Assembly (NCBI GenBank): GCA_036918135.1 | Contig: JBALDB010000038.1 | Coordinates: 1-64,000, forward strand | From: Nostoc sp. | Lineage (GTDB): Bacteria; Cyanobacteriota; Cyanobacteriia; Cyanobacteriales; Nostocaceae | DNA length: 64,000 nt | Reading direction: 5' to 3' | Part shown: positions 41,559 to 51,663 of the stretch, piece by piece | How the letters are laid out: every line of letters starts with the position of its first letter | Position numbering within the stretch: position 1 is the stretch's first letter | Translations under genes and position numbers: made by a program | Notes under the pieces: model-generated | The model's input: the letters and a program-made list of their open reading frames with translations, nothing else | Database searches by the model: none | What the model was told of the DNA's origin: nothing

Positions 41559-42113
41559 ATTGAAATTTCTTGTCATGTCTTACAACAATAACAGGCAAGA
41601 TTACTAAATTAGAAATTCTAATTTATGTATTCTATATATTTCTTGAATTTGATTTTACGTCTTAAGGTTGAGCAAGTTTGATATTGCTTTATCTCTGGAG
41701 AGCGATAAAGTTTAGCAATATACATAGTTAACTTAAAATATAAATGGAAAGGACAATTTTTTCATCCTATGAAACTTGTGTACTTATTTTTTTGGTCAGA
41801 TAAATAGCGTGTGTTAAATGTGAGTAACGACAATGCAAGCCGCATATCGCAACCAGAAAAGAGTACATTTGCTAAGCATTGGGTGTATAAAAGTCTAAAA
41901 TGGCAAATGGCAAGTCGAAGTCAAAGCAAAAAATAAACCTTGGGTTAAATGTACGCTCCAAAGTTTACTTTTGAAAATAAAAAGTGAGGAGTAAGAAGTC
42001 AAAAGATAAAAGGTAAAAGTAAAAATAAAAGAACATCACTGCCTTTTGAACTTTTACTTTTTACTTTCCCCTACTAGTTGTCAACTAAATCTTCAATTAC
42101 CAAAACAAGACTT

Positions 42114-42962
42114 ATGGCTAAATCAAAAGAGCAAAAAACACAACAGCCACCAGGTGTGGAATCAGAAATGACGCCAAAACCAAAAGCTGATGATGCCCAA
42201 TATCGGGGTAGTGGCAAGTTACAAGATAAAGTAGCGTTAATTACGGGTGGAGATAGTGGTATTGGTCGTGCTGTAGCAGTTGCTTTTGCTAAAGAAGGCG
42301 CAGATGTAGCAATTCTTTACCTTAACGAACACGACGATGCTAAAGAAACAAAACATTTGGTAGAAAAACAAGGGCGTCGTGCAGTAACTATCGCAGGTGA
42401 TATCGGCGATGAAACCTTTTGTCAGCAGGCTATACAACAAACACTTGATGAGTTTGGCAAACTTGATATTCTAATCAACAATGCCGCCGAACAACATCCT
42501 AAAGAAAGTATTGAGGAAATCACCAAAGAGCAATTAGAGCGCACTTTCCGCACTAATATATTCTCTATGTTTTTCATGACTAAAGCTGCACTCAAGCACC
42601 TACACGAAGGTAGTTCTATCATCAATACCACATCAGTAACAGCTTATAAAGGTAATCCCCAATTACTAGATTACTCTTCCACAAAAGGTGCGATCGTTGC
42701 CTTTACTCGTTCCTTGTCAAAAAATTTGGTGTCAAAGGGAATTCGCGTGAATGCTGTCGCACCAGGCCCCATTTGGACACCTTTAATTCCTTCAACTTTT
42801 CCTAAAGAGAAAGTTGAAAGTTTTGGAAAACAAGTTCCGATGGAACGAGCCGGACAACCAGAAGAAGTTGCACCTAGCTATGTATATTTAGCATCGGATG
42901 ACGCTTCTTATGTTTCTGGTCAAGTGTTACATGTCAATGGTGGAGATGTTGTCAACGGCTAA
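42114..42962 (+). CDS. SDR oxidoreductase (YhdF/general-stress type)
   Basis: TGGDSGIG, NNAA, YSSTK, PGPIWTP; ATG at 42114. Confidence 0.92.
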   Translation: MAKSKEQKTQQPPGVESEMTPKPKADDAQYRGSGKLQDKVALITGGDSGIGRAVAVAFAKEGADVAILYLNEHDDAKETKHLVEKQGRRAVTIAGDIGDETFCQQAIQQTLDEFGKLDILINNAAEQHPKESIEEITKEQLERTFRTNIFSMFFMTKAALKHLHEGSSIINTTSVTAYKGNPQLLDYSSTKGAIVAFTRSLSKNLVSKGIRVNAVAPGPIWTPLIPSTFPKEKVESFGKQVPMERAGQPEEVAPSYVYLASDDASYVSGQVLHVNGGDVVNG

Positions 42963-43194
42963 ATTAAAAAATTAGGAGTGAGAAGTTAGGAGTTAAGAGT
43001 TAGTAAGTTTTGGAGTTAGGAGTTATAAATTTATAATTATTAGTTATTAACTCTTAACTCTTAATTTTTAATTGCTAATTTTTAATTTAGTTTGATAATT
43101 CTACCCTAATATTCCTCCATTTGGAAGATGACTAAATATTTCAATATAGCTAATATATTTCACAGCAAACATTTAATAAATCACAATTACGTCT

Positions 43195-43452
43195 ATGGCA
43201 TCTCCTACACCATTGCATGGCAGAGAACTAGTAGATTGTGCAAGAGCAAATGCCGACCAAGGAATCGAAACTGCTGCTTATTATTGTGGCTATGGTGAAG
43301 ATCTCAACAAATTTTCTCAAGAACTTAGGCAAGCTTGCGAGGACATGAATTTACAAGTAAAGGAGCTTAGCGAACTAATTACCGACCAGGATTCGCTCCT
43401 AAAACTGGGTGAGGGCGAAATTGTTGCTCCAGATACGGCATCAGAATTGTAA
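43195..43452 (+). CDS. Conserved hypothetical protein
   Basis: 85-aa ORF, L.G.ELVDCARANA..G...AA..CGYG. Confidence 0.7.
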   Translation: MASPTPLHGRELVDCARANADQGIETAAYYCGYGEDLNKFSQELRQACEDMNLQVKELSELITDQDSLLKLGEGEIVAPDTASEL

Positions 43453-43515
43453 AAGTTGGTGATTTGTCCTTTGTCATTAGTCATTTGGACTTTGCAAATA
43501 ACAAATGACTAATGA

Positions 43516-44916
43516 TTATAACTTTAAAATGAATCGTGCCAAATTAAAGTAAATCAAAACGCCTAGTACATCAACTGCTGTGGTGATGAATGGTGCTGAC
43601 ATCAACGCCGGATCTAAACGCAGGAAACGAAATAAGAATGGCAGTGCAGAACCAGAGACAGAGGCCAAGATAGAAATACCTACCAGACTAGTGCCTACAG
43701 CGATCGCTACTTCTAATCGTCCTTGTAAAAAGTAAGCCCAGACAGTTGCGATCGTACCTAACATTCCTCCCAATAAAGCACCTGCTATTGCCTCCCGCCC
43801 AATTACCTGTAACGAACCAAGCGATCGAATCTCATCCGTGTTCATCCCGCGAATTACGACTGTGGAAGACTGGGCACCCACATTACCACCAGTACCAGTT
43901 AGTAATGGGATAAATGCTGTTAATGTCACTACTTTTGCTAAGATATCTTCTTGCGACTTGATAATGGTTCCTGTAACCGTATTAGTTAAAAGTAAAACCA
44001 ACAACCATAAAACCCGCTTCCTAGCAACTTCTAATAAATTTGTTTGAAAATAGTTGTCGCCTCCCGACTGCACACCACCACCCAAGGCATATATATCTTC
44101 GGTGGTTTCTTGTTGTAGAATATCAATCACATCATCTACAGTGACAATACCTACTAGACGCTGTTCTCGATCTACCACAGGTACAGCTAAAAAGTCATAT
44201 CTTTGGATTAATCTGGCAACTTCTTCCTGGTCTGTATCGGTGTAGACAAATACCACATCACGCGTCATAATTTCGCCAATAATTTGCTCTGGCTGGGATG
44301 TTACTAACTCTCGCAACGATACAATTCCCGTTAACCGCCTTTCTGCATCAGTGACATAAAGATAATAAATTATCTCACTGGCATTAGCTAAGTTGCGAAT
44401 TCGCTCTAGGGTTTGAGATACTGTAAAGTTTTCTTTGAGCGAGATTAACTCTAAGGTCATAATTCGCCCAGCAGTATCAGCTTCATAACCCAATAATTGG
44501 GCTGTAGCTTGGCGTTCTGCTGGACTTAGTTGTTCTAAGAGGCGATTAACGACTTTTGCGGGTAATTCATCAAACAACCTCGCTCGGTCATCTGGCGACA
44601 TTCGATCGACAATATCACGGACTTCCTGACTTTTAAGTTCGTCAATTAACCGTTCTTGAACGCTGTAGTCGAGATACTCATAAACCTCAATCGCTTCATC
44701 CTTAGAAAGTAAGCGAAAAGCCAAAGCGTGCATTGCTTTTGGCAAACCCTCAATTGCCTCGGCAATGTCCGCAAACTGCACAGGTACGAGAATAGCTTTT
44801 GCTCCCTGCAAGTCCCCTGCTTCTAGCAGCATTTGTAGCTGAGTCCGTACCAAATCCCGCAATTCCCTGCGTGAAATATTTTGGAGGACAGAGTTTAAAT
44901 TGTTTGTCTCAGTCAA
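43516..44916 (-). CDS. mgtE: Magnesium transporter MgtE
   Basis: MgtE-N domain, CBS pair, GGNVGAQS, LDPALMSAPFITT..D. Confidence 0.95.
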   Translation of the reverse strand: MTETNNLNSVLQNISRRELRDLVRTQLQMLLEAGDLQGAKAILVPVQFADIAEAIEGLPKAMHALAFRLLSKDEAIEVYEYLDYSVQERLIDELKSQEVRDIVDRMSPDDRARLFDELPAKVVNRLLEQLSPAERQATAQLLGYEADTAGRIMTLELISLKENFTVSQTLERIRNLANASEIIYYLYVTDAERRLTGIVSLRELVTSQPEQIIGEIMTRDVVFVYTDTDQEEVARLIQRYDFLAVPVVDREQRLVGIVTVDDVIDILQQETTEDIYALGGGVQSGGDNYFQTNLLEVARKRVLWLLVLLLTNTVTGTIIKSQEDILAKVVTLTAFIPLLTGTGGNVGAQSSTVVIRGMNTDEIRSLGSLQVIGREAIAGALLGGMLGTIATVWAYFLQGRLEVAIAVGTSLVGISILASVSGSALPFLFRFLRLDPALMSAPFITTAVDVLGVLIYFNLARFILKL

Positions 44917-45854
44917 AGTTCACTTTCCTCAGTCAATTTGAACAAAGTTGCTGCCATTAGTCTAGGGGAAAGTGGGGTTATACAACGTCAAACTTGTGAT
45001 TTTTCCAAGCTTAATTGAAAACTTTTATTAATTAATTATAAATGATAGCAATATTATTAAGTAAATACTTGATTTATACTAATTATTGTAACAAAGTTCT
45101 AAATTAATAATCAAAATGAAGTAAGTGATAAATACTACTTTTTAAAATCTTTAAATATGTAAAATTTTCTTTATAAGATTTTCATATAATCATTATGTAG
45201 AAATAAAAAAAACATGAGATTATTCTGTATATCGGTAATTTTTATTTAGAAATTATCAAAACTTTCATATACCTTTAAAAATTTATATTTAATGTAAATA
45301 TTTAAACAAAGTTGCACCAAACAGATAGACATAACACGGTGATATAGTGTGAAATGTTTAATTGATTAATTAAAGAAATACACTTAAGTACAAAAGTGAG
45401 GAATTAAACGCTACTTACGTATATACATACTTTAAGCGGTTATTAGACATCAGATAAGTTATTAAGTTTTTAAATGGTGATTTATATTTGTTAAATATTA
45501 AATTGAGCTAACTGAATTACACATTTCACAAACTTTGAGATTTACAGACACAAAACAAAGTTTAATTAGAGTTAACACGCCCTAAATTAATTTTGCTATT
45601 AGTGGAGATATAAGAACATATATCAGCTGATATGATTTTATTCTTATATTGATATAAATAGGCAGCAAAGTAGTAAAGTAAACAAGCAAAATAACAGATA
45701 GAAAAATGTGTATCAGCGTTAATTAATATTATATTAATTAAGTAAATTCAATTAGGAACGTCACAGATTTTATTTCCAAAGATTCAATTTAAAACTACCC
45801 ATCAAGCATTAATGGTGGCATTAGTTTTAGCTCTCTTGTGAGGCATATATTTCA

Positions 45855-48800
45855 ATGAATGATTTACAACAGAATCAAAATCTCAATCAACTTTCGTCAA
45901 CATCTACAAGTCCAGTCACTGGTGGTCAATCAGCTTTAGCAGCCCTAGATCGGGCGCAACCAAGTATATTGGCTGGGGCTAGCAGCGTGCTTTCTCAGGG
46001 AGATGGACTCAAAGCAGAGTACTACGACAACGCTGACTTCACCAACTTGAAGGTAACTCGCACAGATGCGACAGTGAACTTTGGTTGGGGTGATAGTTCT
46101 CCAGATCCTACCATCGAACCAGATACCTTCTCAGTGCGTTGGACAGGTCAAGTAGAAGCCAAATATAGCGAGACTTACAACTTCTACACCAGCAGTGATG
46201 ATGGTGTACGACTGTGGGTGAATAATCAACTGCTTGTTGACCACTTTGTTAATCAATCGAACACAGAATACAGTGGCTCAATCAATCTGGTTGCAGGTCA
46301 AAAGTACGATATTAAACTAGAGTACTTCGAGAATACCTACTCTGCTGTTTCTCGACTATCTTGGTCAAGCGCCTCTCAGACTAAGGAAATTATTCCTCAG
46401 TCTCAACTTTACAGTCAGGTCGATACATCTACACCAACACCAACACCTATAGGTACTGGTACACCTACACCAACAGCCGCAGCTGTTGGTAATGGCGACG
46501 GACTGCAAGGACAATACTACGACAACGCTGACTTCACCAACTTGAAGGTAACTCGTACAGATGCGACAGTGAACTTTGGTTGGGGTAGTGGTTCTCCAGT
46601 TCCTTCCACCATCGAACCAGATACCTTCTCAGTGCGTTGGACAGGTCAGGTACAAGCCAAGTACAGCGAAACTTACAACTTCTACACCAACAGTGATGAT
46701 GGTGTGCGACTGTGGGTGAATAATACACTGCTCGTTGACCACTTTGTCAATCAATCGAACACAGAATACAGTGGCTCAATCAATCTGGTTGCAGGTCAAA
46801 AGTATGATATTAAATTGGAGTACTTCGACAATACCTACTCTGCTGTCTCTCGACTATCTTGGTCAAGCGCTTCTCAGACCAAGGAAATTATTCCTCAGTC
46901 TCAACTTTATAGTCAGGTTAGTACACCCACTAACCCACCTGCTGGTAGTGGTAGTGGCAACGGACTGCAAGGACAATACTACGACAACGCTGACTTTACC
47001 AACTTGAAGGTAACTCGCACAGATGCGACAGTGAACTTTGGTTGGGGTAGTGGTTCTCCAGTTCCTTCCATCGAACCAGATACCTTCTCAGTGCGTTGGA
47101 CAGGTCAGGTACAAGCCAAGTACAGCGAAACTTACAACTTCTACACCAACAGTGATGATGGCGTGCGACTGTGGGTGAATAACCAACTGCTCATTGACCA
47201 CTTTGTCAATCAATCGAACACAGAATACAGTGGCTCAATCAATTTAGTTGCTGGTCAAAAGTACGATATTAAACTAGAGTACTTCGACAATAACTACTCT
47301 GCTGTCTCTCGACTATCTTGGTCAAGCGCTTCTCAGACTAAGGAAATTATTCCTCAGTCTCAACTGTATTCTTCAGCCGTGACAAGCCCGACCACTATCA
47401 CTTTGAACCCATCTCCCACTAGTGTGAACGAAGGTGATGGTAGTGTGACCGTTACTGTACTCAGAAGCGGTGATTTAAGTGGTACTTCTTCAATTAAGTA
47501 TGCTACCTTAGCTAACACTGCAACACCAGGGGATGACTACGGGAATGGTGGTGAGGAAATGGGCGGGACACTCACCTTTGCCCCAGGAGAAACTAGCAAA
47601 CAGGTGGCAATTCGGATTATTGACGATTTGTTAGCTGAATCAAATGAAAGTTTTAGTTTCGCTATCGATCAGCCAGAGGGTGCAAAACTAGGACTCCAAA
47701 GAACTCTCGGAATCACGATTATAGATAATGATAGTCAAGGTCTGAATTTTACTCAGCCAGAAGTTAATGAAAATGATAGTACTGCAACAGTAACAGTTAC
47801 ACGGGGTAACGCTTCGGCAGCTGCTAGTGTAGACTATACAACTGCGGATGGAACTGCTAAAGCTGGATCTGACTATGTGGCTAAAGCTGGAACCTTGAGC
47901 TTTGCAGCTGGAGAAACCAGTAAGACTATTGCTATTACCATTAAAGATGATAACGTTGCAGAAGCGGATGAAGCCTTTACTTTGAAGTTTAGTAACGCAG
48001 TTGGAGTGTCGCTGCCGATTAATCAGACGAGTGTGACGATTATCGATAATGATACAGGTAGCTTTGAGAAAAAGACTGTGGTTTCTGGGTTGGATGGACC
48101 TATAGAGTTTGACTGGTCAGCCGACGATAAGCTGATGTTCATCGCCCAGAGAAATGGGGTAGTGAAGGTGTTCAACACCACTACAAATGTCTTAGAATCA
48201 AAGCCATTTATTGATATTTCTGGAGAAGTAAATAATGTATCCGATCGCGGTTTGCTAGGCATGGCGGTACATCCAGATTTTGGTAAGAGTCCGACCGGTA
48301 ACAACTATGTTTATCTGTTGTTTACCTACGATCCACCAGAAACGAATCCAAACAATGCCAAGAATAATCCTAAGAGCACCTTAGACAATCCCGATCAGCG
48401 GGGTAACCGCGCAGCACGGTTAGTTAGATACACAGCCGACCCCAACACTGGTTACAAAACTGCGATCGCTGGCAGTGAAGTTGTACTATTAGGCAAAAAT
48501 AGCACTTGGCAGTACATTAGTCACCCAGATCAAGACAGCACACTAGTTGATGCTAGCGATGATACTAATAACGCCGCACCATCAGGTATTGTAAACAAAA
48601 CCACTGGCAAATTATTTGCCAATGCCCAAGAATATATAGACGCTGTTAAAAACAACAACATCAAAAACGTCCAGGATTTTATGGCCACTGATAGTGCAAC
48701 TCACTCGGGTGGTAGTGTACGCTTTGGTAATGATGGTACAATGTTTGTTAGCCTTGGTGATGGTACTTCTTACAACCGAGCAGACCCCAGAGCACAACGC

Positions 48801-49439
48801 GTCCAGGATATCGATAATCTATCTGGTAAAATCCTGCACATTGACGCTATTACTGGTCAGGGTTTATCAAGTAATCCTTTTTACAACGGTGATGTCAACA
48901 GTAATCGTTCCAAAGTCTATAACTTAGGTCTGCGTAACCCCTTCCGCTTTACCGTAGATCCACGAACTAATATTCCTGTTATCGGTGATACGGGCTGGTA
49001 CAGATGGGAAGAGGTAGATACTGGTGGACCAGGTAAAAACTTTGGCTGGCCATACTTTGAGGGTGGTGTTGATGCAAATGGTAATCTCGTTAACATGAAA
49101 CAAAGCGCCTATGCTAATCTTGATGCAGCGAAGAAGTTCTACGCTAGTGGCGCAACTGTTACAGCACCAATCTACGCCCACGATCATTTAAACGGTTCTA
49201 CTTCGATCGGCGTTGGTACTTTTTACACGGGTGGTAGTTTTAACAATGCTTTGTTTATATTCGATCCCACTAACGGAATTATCGATGCTTTACAATTGAA
49301 CAGTCAGAACAAAGTTACTTCAGTTACACGGTTTGCTTCTAATTTAGGAGTGCCTGTGGATGTAAGAGCTGGAGATGATGGCAAGTTGTACTACGTAGAC
49401 TTGATATCAGGTGAGATTGATAGCTGGAAACCTGTTTAA
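45855..49439 (+). CDS. PA14x3-Calx-betax2-PQQ sugar dehydrogenase-like protein
   Basis: Three PA14 domains (SDDGVRLWV), TLTFAPGETSK motifs, DRGLLGMAVHP, GLRNPFRF, NFGWP. Confidence 0.85.
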   Translation: MNDLQQNQNLNQLSSTSTSPVTGGQSALAALDRAQPSILAGASSVLSQGDGLKAEYYDNADFTNLKVTRTDATVNFGWGDSSPDPTIEPDTFSVRWTGQVEAKYSETYNFYTSSDDGVRLWVNNQLLVDHFVNQSNTEYSGSINLVAGQKYDIKLEYFENTYSAVSRLSWSSASQTKEIIPQSQLYSQVDTSTPTPTPIGTGTPTPTAAAVGNGDGLQGQYYDNADFTNLKVTRTDATVNFGWGSGSPVPSTIEPDTFSVRWTGQVQAKYSETYNFYTNSDDGVRLWVNNTLLVDHFVNQSNTEYSGSINLVAGQKYDIKLEYFDNTYSAVSRLSWSSASQTKEIIPQSQLYSQVSTPTNPPAGSGSGNGLQGQYYDNADFTNLKVTRTDATVNFGWGSGSPVPSIEPDTFSVRWTGQVQAKYSETYNFYTNSDDGVRLWVNNQLLIDHFVNQSNTEYSGSINLVAGQKYDIKLEYFDNNYSAVSRLSWSSASQTKEIIPQSQLYSSAVTSPTTITLNPSPTSVNEGDGSVTVTVLRSGDLSGTSSIKYATLANTATPGDDYGNGGEEMGGTLTFAPGETSKQVAIRIIDDLLAESNESFSFAIDQPEGAKLGLQRTLGITIIDNDSQGLNFTQPEVNENDSTATVTVTRGNASAAASVDYTTADGTAKAGSDYVAKAGTLSFAAGETSKTIAITIKDDNVAEADEAFTLKFSNAVGVSLPINQTSVTIIDNDTGSFEKKTVVSGLDGPIEFDWSADDKLMFIAQRNGVVKVFNTTTNVLESKPFIDISGEVNNVSDRGLLGMAVHPDFGKSPTGNNYVYLLFTYDPPETNPNNAKNNPKSTLDNPDQRGNRAARLVRYTADPNTGYKTAIAGSEVVLLGKNSTWQYISHPDQDSTLVDASDDTNNAAPSGIVNKTTGKLFANAQEYIDAVKNNNIKNVQDFMATDSATHSGGSVRFGNDGTMFVSLGDGTSYNRADPRAQRVQDIDNLSGKILHIDAITGQGLSSNPFYNGDVNSNRSKVYNLGLRNPFRFTVDPRTNIPVIGDTGWYRWEEVDTGGPGKNFGWPYFEGGVDANGNLVNMKQSAYANLDAAKKFYASGATVTAPIYAHDHLNGSTSIGVGTFYTGGSFNNALFIFDPTNGIIDALQLNSQNKVTSVTRFASNLGVPVDVRAGDDGKLYYVDLISGEIDSWKPV

Positions 49440-49497
49440 AATCAGTGGGGACTGGGGAACGATTAAAATAATTCTTTCCCAATCCCCAATACCCAAT

Positions 49498-51048
49498 TCA
49501 AGATAACTTTGTTACAAACCGTAACAACTTTTTAGTAGTTGATGTCAGGAGTGTACGACGATAGGCATCAGCTGCTTTTTTTATTGCTTCGGCTTGAGTA
49601 GGATAAGGATGAATCACACTGCTTAACTTACTTAAACCGATTTTATTTACAATTGCCGTAGTCAGTTGTGAGATTATTTCACCTGCATGACGGGCGACAA
49701 TGGTTGCACCGAGAATTTCATCACCACCTTTTTTGTGGTGGATTTTGAGAAATCCTAACTCTTCACCATCAGTGATCGCTCGGTCTACACTCCTAAAAGG
49801 AATGGCGATCGTTGTCACTTCAATGCCTAACTTCTGTGCCTCGTGTTCGTACATTCCTACGTGGGCAATTTCGGGGTCGGTATAAGTTACCCAAGGCATT
49901 ACCAAGCTACTGAGTTTTGTACGTCCGAAGCCAAACGGAGAAAATAAGCTATTCTTAATCGCAATCTGCGCTGCTGCATCAGCAGCATGGGTAAACTTCC
50001 ACCTCATGCAGATATCACCAGCTGCATAGATTTTGGGATTCGTTGTTTGCAGGTAATCATTTACCTTTACACCTTGGCGTTTATCGTATTCCACACCCGC
50101 TGCTTCTAAATTCAGACCTTCGACATTGGGCGCACGTCCAACACCAACTAAAATTTCATTTACCGTCACAGAATCTCGATGACCATTGGAGGAAAAGTAA
50201 AGCCGTTTACCTTCGGTAACTGTTACCACTTCTTCCAACTTGGAATTCAACACTAGGCGGATTCCTTCACTAATTAAAACCTTTTGCAGAATTTTAGCAG
50301 CCTCAGCATCTTCTTGATTGAGAATCTGAGAACCGCTATGAAAAAGTACCACCTCAGAACCCAAGCGCCGCAAAGCCTGCGCCAATTCGCAACCAACAGG
50401 GCCGCCACCAATCACTGCCAAACGTTCTGGTCGTTGAATTAAAGAAAAAACTGTTTCATTGGTGAGATAACCTGCTTGTTCAAGTCCTGGAATCGCAGGT
50501 TGTGCGGCTCTAGCTCCAGTTGCAATTACAGCCTTTTTAAACCGGAGAGTTTTACCGTCAACTTCCACAGTATTTTTACTTGCAAATCGACCGCTACCCA
50601 AGAAGACATCGACCCCTAAATTTTCAAATCGTTCTGCTGAGTGATGATGGCTGATATCAGCTCTTACGCGCCGCACTCTAGCCATAACTGTGGAAAAATC
50701 AATATCAATATTGTGTTGGGGAATATTAACTCCCAAGTCTTTAGCATTCCAGATTTCACCAACTACGCGAGTAGAGCGAATCATAGTTTTAGATGGTACG
50801 CAAGCAACATTTAAGCAATCTCCACCCATGAGATGCTTTTCAATTAACGCCACTTTTAACCCCAAATCCAGACCTACTGCACCCGCCGCTACTGCTAATC
50901 CCGCCGTCCCAGCACCAATTACTACTAAGTCGTAAACCTTAGCGGGTTGAGGATTAACCCAATTTGGCGGATGGACATAAGATACTAACTTTTGATTATA
51001 CTCATCCATTGGGCGAACAGTGACTCTCTCGAATTCTGAATTGGTCAT
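49498..51048 (-). CDS. Pyridine nucleotide-disulfide oxidoreductase (MerA-like family)
   Basis: GAGTAG, GGDCLNVACVPSK, GGGPVG, HPYPTQAE. Confidence 0.88.
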   Translation of the reverse strand: MTNSEFERVTVRPMDEYNQKLVSYVHPPNWVNPQPAKVYDLVVIGAGTAGLAVAAGAVGLDLGLKVALIEKHLMGGDCLNVACVPSKTMIRSTRVVGEIWNAKDLGVNIPQHNIDIDFSTVMARVRRVRADISHHHSAERFENLGVDVFLGSGRFASKNTVEVDGKTLRFKKAVIATGARAAQPAIPGLEQAGYLTNETVFSLIQRPERLAVIGGGPVGCELAQALRRLGSEVVLFHSGSQILNQEDAEAAKILQKVLISEGIRLVLNSKLEEVVTVTEGKRLYFSSNGHRDSVTVNEILVGVGRAPNVEGLNLEAAGVEYDKRQGVKVNDYLQTTNPKIYAAGDICMRWKFTHAADAAAQIAIKNSLFSPFGFGRTKLSSLVMPWVTYTDPEIAHVGMYEHEAQKLGIEVTTIAIPFRSVDRAITDGEELGFLKIHHKKGGDEILGATIVARHAGEIISQLTTAIVNKIGLSKLSSVIHPYPTQAEAIKKAADAYRRTLLTSTTKKLLRFVTKLS

Positions 51049-51332
51049 TGGCGAAACCTCATTTAAGAATTGAAAATAGTAAAGTCAACTGGCTTTTAAG
51101 GGAATTCAAAATCACGCTAAAATTAGGCGGCTGAGTCTTTTATTTTTTATGCTTGTTTAACAACAAATACAGCCTTTGAATTATTTTGTCCGTTTGATAA
51201 TTGACAGATACTATTGAAGCTTTCCTGTATAAACGTTTTAGACTCAAAAACCCTACCCCTTAATCTCCTCCCTGCACGCTCTTAGGGAGACAAAGCATAG
51301 CTTTGGCTCTTTGGGGTTCTTAGGATTTAGTT

Positions 51333-51460
51333 AGGACTTACGCAACGCGGATATTGTCATTGCGACCGCAACGGAGTGTAGGGAAGCAATCCTAGCGTCA
51401 GGGGGGATTACTTCGCTATCGCTCGTAATGACGGAGTTACGTTATTTTTGCGTAAGTCCT
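51333..51460. mobile_element. MITE-like element enclosing a REP-like palindrome
   Basis: TIRs AGGACTTACGCA...TGCGTAAGTCCT; inner GTCATTGCGA..GAAGCAATC..GATTACTTC..TCGTAATGAC. Confidence 0.7.
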
Positions 51461-51663
51461 GTTAGTAAGTAATCAAGCGGACATGATATGAAGTCTTGAA
51501 AACAAACTCTATCAAGATTTCTACAGGGTGTATTAATTACGAATTACGAACTTGTACTGAGCCTTGGGAGAGCGTAGCCGTCGGCGTTCCCGCATCGTCT
51601 CCGTTAGGAGAAGCCTCTCGTAGAGAAGGGTGAAGCCAAAGTATTACGAATTACTATAATTTT

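Noticed and set aside
44920..45850. ncRNA or hidden gene in the long AT-rich spacer
   Set aside because: No convincing ORF, stable structure or repeat was seen; it is treated as promoter DNA.
49498..51048. True mercuric reductase merA
   Set aside because: There is no C-terminal Cys-Cys pair, no N-terminal metal-binding domain and no mer operon.
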